From positions 27,034,001 to 27,098,000 of the forward strand of contig NC_058369.1 in assembly GCF_018350175.1 (NCBI RefSeq): a stretch of 64,000 bases of DNA, in the 5' to 3' direction. The first letter of the stretch is position 1. Each line of letters starts with the position of its first letter. A program made the translations under genes and the position numbers. Source of the stretch: Felis catus (taxonomy: Eukaryota). Below are positions 1 to 11,739 of this stretch, piece after piece. The notes beneath the pieces are model-generated. The model was not told the DNA's origin and made no database searches. It worked only from the letters and a program-made list of their open reading frames with translations.

Positions 1-80
1 TTATGACCAAGAAGAGAAGAGCTTTCTCTGGTGCCCTGGCCTCACTTATAACCTGGGTGAGCTCTGATTTTCCTTGGCTC

Positions 81-274
81 TTTTTTTTTTCCTTTAAAGT
101 TTATTTATGAGAGAGAAGTGGGACAGAGGGGAGGATAGAAAGAGAAAGAATCCCAAGCAGGCTCTGCATTGTCCACACTGAGCCCATTGTGGAGCTTGAG
201 TCATGATCTGTGAGATCATGACCTGAGTCAAACCAAGAGTCAGATGCTTAACCAACTGAGCCACCAGGTGCCCC
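81..274 (-). mobile_element. Can-SINE (SINEC, tRNA-derived carnivore SINE)
   Basis: Reverse-complement layout: poly-T, TTTATTT, (GA)-rich tract, ...gatcatgacctgagtcaaaccaagagtcagatgcttaaccaactgagccaccaggtgcccc. Degenerate TSD ccttggctctt / ccttgactctt. Confidence 0.95.
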
Positions 275-316
275 TCATTTGCCTTGACTCTTAAGTGCAG
301 TCGGAATCCACTTTCT

Positions 317-541
317 TTTTTTCTTTTTTAAAAATCTTTATTTATTTTTGAGAGAGAGGGAGGGAGAGAGACAGAGCATGAGCAGGGGAGGGTCAAGAGA
401 GAGGGAGACAGAGAATCTGAAGCAGGCTCCAGCTCTGAGCTGACAGCACAGAGCCCGACATGGGGCTTGAACGCACAGACAGTGAGAGCATGACCTGAAC
501 CGAAGTCTGAGGCTCAACCTACTGAGCCACCCATGCTCCCC
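317..541 (-). mobile_element. Can-SINE (felid SINEC_Fc-like)
   Basis: gaatctgaagcaggctccagctctgagctgacagcacagagcccgac...catgacctgaaccgaagtc...ctgagccacccatgctcccc, with T-rich tail at 317-329. Confidence 0.95.
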
Positions 542-736
542 TTTTTTTTTAATGTTTATTTATTTTTGAGAGGGGGTAGGAAGGGGCAGAGAGAGAGGGA
601 GACACAGAATCTGAAGCAGGCCCCAGGCTCTGAGCTGTCAGCATAGAGCCCAATGTGGGGCTCAAACTCACCAACTGTGAGATTGTGACCTGAGCTGAAG
701 TTGGATGCTTAACTAACTGAGCCACCCAGGCGCCCC
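542..736 (-). mobile_element. Can-SINE (felid SINEC_Fc-like)
   Basis: aatgtttatttatttttgagag...gagctgtcagcatagagccc...ctgagccacccaggcgcccc. Shares the outer TSD with the preceding copy. Confidence 0.95.
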
Positions 737-1225
737 AGACTCCACTTTCTTCTCTAGAGCTGATCCTTGGGGGGCCTCACTTACACTGGGAACCTAAATG
801 CTGGGAAGAGTTTGAGGCCAGATTTAACAATTCAGAGGCAAGGGTCAGGTTTCAGTGAAACTACTCAGGTGGCTGTGCAGTCAGAACTTCCAGTACCGTT
901 CTCGCCTGTCCAGTTACATTCTGCTTTGGGTGGCTGTTCTGACTCCCAACTTCCTTTACTTTTCTGCCAACCCCCACTCACTAATGAGAAACCCAGTACT
1001 TGCACACGGTTCCTTTTCCAACAAAGAGTCTTCCAGTGGGGTGCCCTGTGCAGACTTACCCACACTTCCACATGTCCTACTGTCTTCCTTCCACTGAAGT
1101 CTGACTTTGCTCTCTCATAATCTGAGAGCCTCTTTGGTGATTGCAGAGAGTGGTGGATTTGCTTTCTGGATAACACAGCGGCATGTGCTCATCTGAAGGT
1201 CATTCTATACAAATGGATTAAGTAG

Positions 1226-1658
1226 TGTATTTGTTTCCATTGGTGCTGCAGCAAATTGCCACAAAGTTAGTGGTTAAAACAATACAGATGTATTCTCAGA
1301 GTTCTGGAAATCAGAAGTCCCAAGTCAAGGTGTTGGCAAGGTTGTGCTCCTTCTGGAGGCTTGAGGAGAGAATGTTTCCTTCCCTTTTTAACTTCTAGAA
1401 GCTACCCGCATTTCTTGGCTTCTTTTTTTTTTTCTTTAATTACTCCAACCTCTTGCTCTGTCCTTACATCTACTGCTTACTCTGATCTCCAGTCTTCTCT
1501 TGTAAGGACCTTAATAGTTATATCAGGCCCACCTGAATAATCCTGGATAATCTCCTTGTCACAAGATCCTTAACTTAATCATACCTGCAAAGTCCTTTTT
1601 CCTGTTCCAGGGATTAGAAGGGGGACATCTTTGAGTGGCATTTATTCTGTCTGTCGCA
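1226..1658 (-). mobile_element. MLT1 (MLT1C/D-like) MaLR solo LTR
   Basis: TG...CA termini and a perfect 5-bp TSD AGTAG (1221-1225, 1659-1663). Typical segments aaattgccacaaagttagtggttaaaacaa and gatccttaacttaatcatacctgcaaagtcc. Confidence 0.9.
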
Positions 1659-1688
1659 AGTAGTATTCAGTGTAGACGCTCTTTAACT

Positions 1689-2191
1689 CGGTATTTCTCA
1701 AAATGAAACAATATACAGACCCCGTTTTAAGAAATAAAATTTTATAGACTCTGCCCTGTGTTGACTTATGTTTATTAGTTTGTTACATGAATGCATAAAA
1801 ACATTAAACTGCTTATAAAAACCTCGCGTTTGTAGCTCTTCTACAAAAATAAAACTGAAACAAATTTACAAATTAAATACAATACATAAAGTGCATAAAA
1901 TTCAAATTAAGTACACTAATTTAATACAATAGATGATATGGTTTCACTGAAAGTGGAATTGCTGAGAAAATTTGAGCATGGTGCTGACCATGGGCATTGG
2001 GTTTCTCCTGAGTATAACATGCCTGTCCTACCTGTTGTGTGATGACTCAGTTCTTCCTTGTTTTCCCTCACAGTTGTTGTTCATAGAGGATTCTCTAACA
2101 TAATTTGGCTTTTACCTTTCTTGAACACTTGCTCATTTCCTCACTTGCCCGAGACAATGAAAATATTACTGTGGATCCCAGTAAAAATACT
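1689..2191. mobile_element. hAT-Charlie-type non-autonomous DNA transposon remnant
   Basis: Degenerate TIRs cggtatttctcaaa ... gatcccagtaaaaatactg around an AT-rich interior. Family not resolved. Confidence 0.5.
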
Positions 2192-2439
2192 GGCTCTGAA
2201 TTTGCACAGCAGTACTTGACTAGGTAATGGTCATCCAGGAGATCCAGAGTATGCTTTCTTAAAAAAGAGGATTATTTTTTAATTGAAAAACCAATCATAA
2301 TTTCTTACAGAGAATTCATCAGAGGGACTCTGCCTTAACTCTGACGTTAATGGTAGAAATCGTAAGCAGTGGAGGAAGCATTTTTCATTGAGAATATTCT
2401 TTTATGTAAATCTTACATCACTTAACTTTTAACTTTTTT

Positions 2440-2502
2440 AATTAGCAATAATTGCACCTCGGATAAACCTCATTGGCTACAATACTGCCACTGCACAAAG
2501 CT
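2440..2502 (-). pseudogene. RNU4: U4 snRNA retropseudogene, 3'-truncated (nt ~1-63)
   Basis: Reverse complement AGCTTTGTGCAGTGGCAGTATTGTAGCCAATGAGGTTTATCCGAGGTGCAATTATTGCTAATT matches the U4 5' end (AGCUUUGCGCAGUGGCAGUAUCGUAGCCAAUGAGG...). Perfect 16-bp TSD TAACTTTTAACTTTTT at 2423-2438 and 2503-2518. Confidence 0.95.
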
Positions 2503-4195
2503 TAACTTTTAACTTTTTAATCTTTGTACAATACACTAAAGCTCTTGAGGGGGTATTTACAAGACTGCTTTTTCAATAGTCTGTGACTATATATTTGATG
2601 GGGGAAAAAAGTAGTTTAGAAAGGAGAGAGTAGGGGATAGACAGAGTGAGAGGGATGTAAGGGATGATGAGTGGATGAGAAACTGATTATATGAGAGCCC
2701 TGGTTTCCATTATGCTGAACAGTTTGGCTATTGGGTTACATAGTCACCCAGGAAAGAATTTAAGTGTCCTCATAGTCTGGAGAAGGTATGGGCTCCCTGT
2801 CCTGGCTGTAGTTCTTTCTATAATCTGACCCTCACAAAGCTATTATTTCCTTGGTGTTCTCCTCCATTAGTGAAGGTTGGTAGGATGTGATTTCACAAGC
2901 TGCTTCTGGACCAGAATTCTCCTGTTTGCTGAGCTCCATGCTGTTCTGAGAACATCAGTTACAATGCTATCTGCTTTCTTCTGGGAAAATTCTAGTCTGC
3001 AGTCAGGTCAGTGAAGGCAATTAGAGATCCTGGGGCTGGTAGGATTGCACACTGCCGTATCAGTCCTTATGAAATTCATTGGCTCCTAATTTTTAATTTG
3101 TTTTGAAAAAAAAAAAAGACAAATTTACATTTCCTTTCCCTACTGCTGTCATTCACACTAGAAGGAATTTTATGTTTTCTTTGTGAAACAAAACAATTCT
3201 GTAGTGGAAGAAAGGAATCTTGGAAAAACATCAGCAAGGTATACACATTTTTTGCTCTTGCATTTGGGTTTAGCAGCTAAGATATACCCCAAATTATTAT
3301 CTACCTAAGACTTATCACAAGGTCATAATCTCATCAAAATCCTATCCGCTACACAGAATTGCCCGAATTCACTTCCTGTTGGTAAATTTACTCACCAATT
3401 TTATGTTTTCAACTCTCAACTTCTTAATAGAATGTGGCATTTGGTTTTTAAGACCTGATCATTGCGATGTAATTACAATAGAAACATCTTGTTGGTGTGC
3501 AATGGGTGCACAATATTTAATGAATAAATAAACAAGTGAATGATGCTAAAAAGCTGGTTTTTAAATCTTAATTTCATGGATTGCTTTGATGCCATTGTAT
3601 GATTTTATTATAAGTAGATTCTACCAGAAACCAAGGGAGAGTTGGAAAGAGATGGAATGGGATGAGGGTGTGGTGAAGGAGGAGCAGGTATGATGCTTTG
3701 GTGTTACGTGCTGAGATTTTTTTTTTTTTTTTTAGAGCACAGAAAATAATAACATGACAAACATTATATTCACCACCAGAAATTATTATTTTGAACATTT
3801 CTTTTTTTACATTTTCTTTAAGTCTTTGATTTTTAACGAAAAATAAATAGAAATAAAACTGAAGTGTCTTTTTGCTCCACACCTTGGCCCCTACCCCTTT
3901 ACCCATCATCCAACCATTGCCACAACTGTGGATTTGGTGAAAATCCTTCCAGTTCATTCTTTTACATTTGTGTGTGTGTGTGTGTGCGCACATGCATATG
4001 TGGGTATAGTGTTATTTTCTAGCTTGCATTTTTAATTTTCTGAAATGCAGTGTGGATAGGATTTATAGGAGGGCTATGCTTTTTCTTCCTTTTCCCTCTC
4101 TTTTTCTGCTTTTGGTCCTGAGCTAGTTTTCTTTTTTGTATACTTTATCTCCTATAAGTTAGGAAGACATGTTTTTCAGGACCTAGTATTTTCTT

Positions 4196-4306
4196 TATTT
4201 ATTTACTTTTTAAATTTTAAGTAGGTCCCATGCCCAACATGGGGCTTGAACTCAAGACCCAGAGATCAAGACTCACATGCTGTACTGTGAGCTAGCCAGT
4301 TGCCCC
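4196..4306 (-). mobile_element. Short, older Can-SINE lacking the (CT)n tract
   Basis: aagtaggtcccatgcccaacatggggcttgaactcaagacc...agagatcaagactcacatgctgtac...gccagttgcccc. Perfect 19-bp TSD CAGGACCTAGTATTTTCTT (4177-4195, 4307-4325). Confidence 0.92.
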
Positions 4307-4469
4307 CAGGACCTAGTATTTTCTTAAAACAAACAAACGAACAAACAAACAAACAAAACTTTATTTTTCTACTTATGAAGAGAAGACAGGATTATTTGGA
4401 AAACTGAGAAAACATCAACAGGTCTGTGTTAACTGGGAGGCTTGCTTAACCTGCAGAGGAGCTCCTGCC

Positions 4470-4694
4470 CTGGCAATCCCTACTCCCTCTCTTCTGTTTT
4501 ATTTTTCTCCATAGCACGTGCTAGTATCTGAGGTACTATATATTTACATGCTCATTTGTTTATTTCCTGCATCCTGTCCCTAGAATCTAAGTTCCATCAA
4601 ACTGGGGCTTTTGTTTTTCTACCATTATTTTTCCCATGTCTAGAATTGTGGAAGGCACCCAGTAAATATTTGTGGTATGAATAAATGAATGAAC
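4470..4694 (+). mobile_element. L2 3' end
   Basis: ccatagcac...tagaatctaagttccat...gtaaatatttgtggtatgaataaatgaatgaa terminus. Confidence 0.8.
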
Positions 4695-4760
4695 AGCTTC
4701 ACTATTTTTCATATTATATACATGTCATTTTATATGAAAAGGCATCATATAAAACAGCTT

Positions 4761-4980
4761 TTTTTATTTTTATTTTTTAAATGTTTATTTATTTATTTGG
4801 AGAGAGAGAGAGCAAGTGGGGAAGAAGCAGAGAGAGATGGGGAGAGAGAATCCCAAGCAGGCTCCACTCTGTCAGTGCAGAGCCAAACATGGGGCTCAAT
4901 CCCATGAACTGAGATCATGACCTGAGCTGAGAAGAAATCAAGAGTCTGACGCTTAATCAACTGAGCCACCCAGGCACCCC
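4761..4980 (-). mobile_element. Can-SINE
   Basis: Canonical body. Perfect TSD AAAACAGCTT (4751-4760, 4981-4990). Confidence 0.96.
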
Positions 4981-6029
4981 AAAACAGCTTGCTTTTTAAA
5001 ACCATATATATTGTCAACACTTTCCATATCAAGAACATTTTTCTCTAACACTTTTCATAATGGCTCCTTAATATGTCACTTTAGAAGCGTGACAGTTTAC
5101 TTAATCATTATCTAGGAATGCACATCTTGATGGTGTGCAAAATTTTATAATAAACGACAGCTCAGGGAAAGATGGGCACTTGAATACACATCCCTTCCTT
5201 GCACTCTCTCTCCCATCCTGTGGAATAGCACTGCAACTAGAGCCGGCAAGGGGGCAGGACTCCAGTTCCCTCACTTTATAAACTTCACATAGCTCCCTAG
5301 CTATTTGTTATCACTGTCCTTTTTCCACCTGGTGCATTTGAGTCAGACAGGAAACAAGTGTTGTATTTCTCTTCTTATCCAAAGCCATCATCCAATGTTG
5401 TTGAGTATTGCATTTCAATACTTCTAATAGGACATGCATCATGGGCCGAACCTGTGATTTTTCCCCCTTAGGAGATTTTGGCTGATCATTCAGGAATACA
5501 GCTTATTTTGTTTTGCTAATTTCATGCAACTCCCTGCCTGTCACTTAATCTTCAGCACCTCTCAAATCAATTGATCAGAGGTAATTTAGATAAAGCATTT
5601 GCTTTCTCTTCCTACCCTGTGATCAATAAGTGACTCTTTAGGAATAATTAAGTGTCCTTACCTCCTAGCATGCACCACCTAAGAGCCCCTTAGTTACTGG
5701 TACACAAACTTGCTGCTGTGACCCAAGGAGAAATGTTCTCCTTAGAAGGATAAGCTCCTTAGTAATATGGGTATGAGGATAAATCAGTGACTCATTAGTT
5801 CCAAGGAATGTCCCTTTTCATCTTCCAGAGAAATATCCTTTGTACTTTCTTGCCTCTAAAAGTTTAAGGAGATCCCAATTATTTTTATTTATTCACCCAT
5901 ATTGGCCAGCCTAAGATGGCCTTACTCAAAGTCTCAGAATAAAAAAGTCCTACAGGAGTTAAAGGGGTTTTATATTATATTTATCTGCAAAACACACTTG
6001 ATTTAATTAAGATATGTGATAGACATAAT

Positions 6030-6218
6030 GGTAATACTTCCTATTTATAGTGTTTTCATAGTTTTTAAAAGATTTCTGCAGACTCCATCATTTGTCCCTT
6101 GCAGTGTGAATATCTTTATTTTATTGGAGAGGAAGCTGACTTTTAGAAAGGTCCGTGTTTTGCCCATTGTTACAGTTAGTGAGAAGTGAAGTCAGAATTC
6201 AAATCCCAAACCACTGAT
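6030..6218 (-). mobile_element. MIR
   Basis: ttttattggagaggaagctgacttttagaaagg...tgcccattgttacagttagtgagaagtgaagtcagaattcaaatccca core. Confidence 0.7.
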
Positions 6219-6440
6219 CCAGTTCTTCTGACAAAGCTTAGATGCCCAGACTATCCAGATGTTCTTTACCCTCCTGCATGTTAGAATCATCTGAGGAGCT
6301 TATTAAAAAACACTACTTCCTGGGCTTACCCCTCTCAAGGATTCTACACCAAGGATTCTGTTCCAGGGCCAGGAATCACTATTTTTTTAAAAAAGTTCTC
6401 CAGGCGATTCTAATGTGCAGTCTTAGGGTTCTCCAGCACA
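6219..6440. mobile_element. MER5A (hAT-Charlie MITE)
   Basis: tgcatgttagaatcatctgaggagctt...aagttctccaggcgattctaatgtgcag palindromic arms. Confidence 0.8.
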
Positions 6441-7199
6441 GTCTCCCTAGGTAGTGATGAAACAATAGGCAGTTCGCCTCTAATCAAGAAAAGCAGTTTA
6501 GCACAAAAACATAGAAAAGAATGATGACTTCATTTTGCTCTCCCTCTATGTCATTAGAGAAAATCATGGGAGTTTAAAAGTCATTGCAGAGAGATTAAGC
6601 TTTTTATTAAGAATTATGGAATGGCAGAAGTTTCTAGCTATGTCGTGACCCTCTCAGGGAAGAAAGCTGCCCCCTTCCCACTGGCAGGTGATTCCTCTAA
6701 CAGAAATGTGAGGTCAATCGATACCTTACCATTACCTTATTTTGACCTATCTCCTTTTGATGATGCAAAAGAATGTTAATCAGGGCTGATTATTTTTTGG
6801 TTCATCAAAAGACTTGACTCAGTCAGCGAATCTCCATTCTTTGTTTAAAGTCTTGAAGTGCAAGAATTTGGCTATTCTACGGCTTCACCTGTTTGGCTCC
6901 TTTTCATACACTGGTTTCAGAAAAGCAATGGAATTCTCTGCTGTATGCACACCAGTGTCTAATCTTGAGAGGGCTTCTCCAGACTTCAGTAGTGCTTGTT
7001 CAGGAGGTCTGCTCCTGTATATTTTTTAACCACTGCTGATGCTTGATTTATTATGCCCTTACCTCTGCTTCAGGAAGGGCCTCCTCAGAATTCTAGTCCT
7101 ATGTTGCTTGTGTCTATTCAGAGTTTGTGTACTCTTTTTGTATAACATCCTACATTTAAATAATTGGCTTTGAGGAGGCAAGAGGCCCCCCAGGCACAA

Positions 7200-7385
7200 C
7201 TAAGCCCAGTCTTTACAGCCAGACCCATCTGTCTTGTTGGAATTTCAGGGTTTCCACTCATGAGCTGGGAGGTCTGAGCCAAAATACTTAATCTCTTGGA
7301 ACCTCAGTTTCTTCATTTGATTTGAGAATTAAATAAAATAATTTGTTAAGTGCCTGACATAACATGGGTGCTCCATCTGTGTTAG
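7200..7385 (+). mobile_element. MIR
   Basis: acttaatctcttggaacctcagtttcttcattt...gagaattaaat...aagtgcctgacataaca. Confidence 0.75.
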
Positions 7386-9149
7386 TCTGTTTTCCTAGAC
7401 TTGATATTCTATTTTCAAAATACTATAGTTGCATAGCTAAACCTGCCTGTGTTATCTTCACCCCTCAATAAATAGGTCTAGCTGCTCAATAATTCACTGA
7501 GAAAATTGGAATTCTATCTCTGATCTCCCCAATTCCAAAGATTGTTGCTTCTTTGGTAAGAATCTTCTGGATTTTAGGTAGGGCATCTATTTAAAGAATG
7601 GAAAGAGAGATGCTTAAACAATAATGTCCAAGTCACTGCCTGCTTTTCCCAAGCGCCAACCTTTGCATGAAACATTTGGGTAGGGTAGGGTATGAGACAT
7701 ATAGGGGTGTTGATGGTTTTGGTGGCATAGTTGTGTTGGAGTGGGTGTGTGTCTACAGAAGGAATGTGATTGTAATAATCAGTTCACAAAACTCCTCACA
7801 GTGTCTAAGTGGCAGAGCTCTGCATGTTGAGAAGCTCCAGAGAGTCTTTAAGTAAGAAACTTCTCACAGGAGTCAAATATCAACAAAACATCTGTGTGCC
7901 TAATCAAGGAGGTACAAGGCCACACTTAGTCAACAGGAAGATTCCCTATAGAAAGACATCACTAAAAGAGTGCCGTATGATTTATTTGCTCTAACTCAAT
8001 TTCCATCTGTCTCATAAAATGGATTGTGTACACATTGCACTCCAGGCATCCAGCCAGGGCAGAAGCATACTAAGGAGCAGAAAACCTTCCCCTCCTTCGG
8101 GTTGTTGGTGACATGCTCTGCTAAGAGCCAGGCATGGCTAGGGTGGTCTACAAGGAAATGCCTTGGATCACTAACCAACGTCATAGACTTTTGGGAGTTG
8201 GCTGGATCACGGGCCTTTGAATAAGACTTCATAGCAATAATGTGGGCCAGGTGGGTTTTGAACATTGTGCTTTTTTCCAGAAATTCCTGTCACTTACATT
8301 TACAGACTCCAGATGGTAATTTTGCCAGTTCAGGCAAGATGCTATCCATAGTTGCTTATATTTCCTATATAAATGGAGAATGGGCCAAACAAATGCTTTT
8401 TTGCTATAGCATGTCAAAGCAAATCAGATGAAAGGGAAACCCTTTGTTATTCTGTAAACAGAGTGAAGGAACTGCTTGTGGCCAAGAAAAAACCAATGTG
8501 ATCCTATAAAACTGAATCAATAGTAAGAACCCAAAAATTCCTAGAGCCTTCTAAAAATTGAAGTATGTAGGGACTTCTTACCTTTTCTAGGTAACAGAAA
8601 TCTCATTTCTTTTGTTCCTAAAGTTTCCTTGTTTATGTTATTGTAACATCATCAATAGAGTTTAAGAAACTAGTTCTGTAGGTTTCTTCAGGTTTCCTCC
8701 TTTTCATTTGTTTTTGTTAGGCAAACCTAACAAGTCAGTTCCATAACATGTTTGCCACGGAGAGGGAGGAAAAGGAAGTCAATGTGAGGACACCCCCAGA
8801 CAAGATTCCATGTCCTCTCCTCTGGAGCCACAGCATTCCTGTGAACACACCCTGCTCAGCTCTGTGTGACTTGGGACAGTTACAAAGCCACTCAGAGATT
8901 TAATTCCTTCTTTCATGAAATGGATGTAATATACATATCTTTCAAGTTTCTCTGGAGGAATGGCATAAAGTTACATAAAGTCATGGTCTTACTCCTGTAT
9001 GCTCAGTGGATGGGGTTTAATAAATATTTCTTATATCTGAATCTGAATGTCAAAGCCTCATGCTGGGGTGGGTGATAGAGAGAGACAGCTCTTGCTCTTT
9101 GGGGTTAGAGTATCTCCTGGTAGAGGAGATTACCTCTCCTCTGAGACAG

Positions 9150-9160
9150 ATGACTCAGCA
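9150..9160 (+). promoter_or_regulatory. Consensus ARE/MARE (NRF2/BACH-sMAF, AP-1) motif
   Basis: Exact ATGACTCAGCA. Motif match only; function unproven. Confidence 0.35.
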
Positions 9161-9349
9161 GCCCTCTGTGAGCCCACTGCCTACCGGACACAGTGACTGA
9201 GTGCTGAGGAAAGCAATGAATAAAAGAACCCCCTCCCCCCATGGAGCTTATGGCCTAGACAGGGACATTCAAATAAACAAATTACCATCCAGATGCTAAG
9301 GGAAACAACTAAATCATGCACAGGGGAGAGAGATAACACACAGAAAAAG

Positions 9350-10152
9350 TAAGGCCATGGGTTAATCTGGCCTGCTGCCTGTTTCTGTAAATAAAATTCA
9401 TTGGAACACATCTATGTTCATTTGTTCATGTATTGTCTTCAGCCACTTTTGCCCTGAAGTGGCAGAGTTGAGTATAGCCTGTTGTGTTTTAACATGGTAC
9501 ATGTTCCTAAAAATTACTACCCTATGCAAGATTGTGCAATAACATCCACAGACCGTATGGGGAAAATGGCATTGTGGGCAACACTCAAACAGTCAGGGAC
9601 AAATATTAAAAATCGATAGGAAGCTGATAAAGATGGCATCACTATGTTACACCTGTTAAATGGTTAAGAAACATATACCACAATAAACATGGAAGTTGAC
9701 CTTGAAAAAGACGTGGCATCTTCCAGCAGGGCTTCAGCCTGTGCGCTATTCAGCGGTAGAGGAGGGTCATCTGAAATCTGATGGGAAGCGGTAGCGCCCG
9801 GCAGGCGGGAGGGGGGTGGGGGACGATACAGCTCACAGCAGCCCTGGTGACCTGGAGCAGACGGTGGATGTTTGAGGTACGTGTGTGTGCGTGTTTTGCG
9901 TGTTCCTGGGTGTCTTGTTTCAGCGGGATGCAGTTTTCCATCGTCACCTAGTGTTTCTCATGGAGGAAACTGTACTTAAACAAGAAATTTGTGTCATGCT
10001 TCTATTGTTCCCCAATATATTAATCACTCTGGGACAAATTCATGTTTCTGAAACAAGTGTTATTGATTGTTGTTGCAACAGAGACCATATGGCCCACAAA
10101 TCCTAAAGGACATACCATTTAGCCCTTTCTGGAAAATGTTTACTGACCTCTG
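9350..10152 (+). mobile_element. MER58A (hAT-Charlie), split by MER82
   Basis: Left half ...cctgtttctgtaaataaaattcattggaacaca...ggcagagttgagta (to 9474). Right half gttgcaacagagaccatatggcccacaaatcctaaa...tgacctctg (10072-10152). The halves join contiguously. Confidence 0.88.
9475..10069 (+). mobile_element. MER82 (TcMar-Tigger non-autonomous)
   Basis: gttcctaaaaattact...atggggaaaatgg...gttaaatggttaagaaa...cacctagtgtttctc...gggacaaattcatgtttctgaaacaagtgttat. Inserted at a TA. Confidence 0.85.
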
Positions 10153-11739
10153 GCACAGAGGAAGGAGGGGTTAATGCTGAGGTATCAGGAAGGTTCCCGG
10201 AGGGTGTCATGTCATGTCTGAAGAGGAGAAGTATGACAGGGTGACACAGGGGAACAGGAACATTTTGCCATTTTTATTGTTATTCCTTCTCCCATCCTAT
10301 ATGTGCATTTCTTCATCCCTGCCTCCTTTCCCAGGAGTGCAGCTTTTCTGAGTTTTATACAGAGGGAACTAAGTGTGGGTCAGAAAATGCTTCTTTGATT
10401 TAAGAACACTGAAAGTCATTTTTTGCCCCCAAAATACTTCTCCCAGCCCTCATCTTGGAAAGACATGGCCTTGGTAATCCCTTCCTTGTGGTAAAGCAAA
10501 TAGAGTGGCTCATCAGTGTCATTATTACTAAGTTACAAAGTCCTCCCATTTACCACCCACTGTGTGGGGTCTGACTCCTTTCCTGAGGTCTGGCCCCATC
10601 AGACCTTTGCTGCTTCATATCCCAGAACCACATTTAACTACTCTCTATTTCCCTCTGAGAGTTATGCATCTGATTAGAGATATACACAAGTGTTTCACAG
10701 AGATGGGCTGGTTCCCACCAGCAAGATGGTTATAATGTAATTAAATAGTTGACTTAGGGAAAAAAGAAAGGTGGGTCAATCAGAAAGAGGTAGGTCATGA
10801 AGAAAAGTCATATCATGAAGAAAAGAAAAAGTCATGAAGTAAAGAAAAAGGAAAGAAGGCATCTTGGTCCTCTGTACTTGCTAGAGGAAACTTATGTGCA
10901 TAATTACCCTCATGTCAGAAAACAATCACATTACATAACTCTCCTTGGTCTGTTTTCACAATCATTAACTTTTTGATTATGATTTGCTTTCAGGGAAGAT
11001 TTATGATGGCCATTCTGATGTGATTACAGTAATCCAAGTACTGCTCAAAGGAAGCAATACATTGACCATTTGCTATTATACATCAGGCTACTGAGTGTGG
11101 TTAATGTGAATCTACCCTGAATACTAGCTCCACTCTCAGGCTCCTGAATAAATCAGTTTTCTGGGCCTTCAAAGTGGAGGACTGGGTTGGGCTCTAGCAA
11201 ACACATAAAGAATGTCCATTCCCTATAAGCCTCCCCCTTGCCTACAATGCTCTTGCTTGTCACTTTTGCATCTTTGGATCAAGGCCAGTAAGTGGGACTT
11301 TTATGACTCCCTTTTCCTCCATTCTCAGCCAGTGTTGTTTTCTCTGGCCTTTGAAACTTCATAGCACTTTATTTATACAAATCTGTCTTAGAACCTTATA
11401 ATATTTTATCTTGCATTACAGTTATTTGCCTCGGGCCTTCTCTTTGCTTAAACTTAACACTCTGAGAAGGCAGACTCTTATTTTTCTTTGTGTGTCCCAA
11501 TGCACCCAGCACAGCAAAGTGCTGAATGAACTAGAAGCATCCTGAGAGAATTGATAAGCATGCCGATGTGTGTGTATGTGTAGGTGTTGAGAGGTTGTAT
11601 GTGGAGCAAAGAGATTTTGCTGAGGGAGGATATGCCCAGTCCTAATGTCATATGGCATGGGAGGGCAAAAAACTAGTTAAACACAGAAGAAGAGTCCAGG
11701 TCCCTGGAGTAAGGGCTACTATTGTAGACACTGTTTGAA

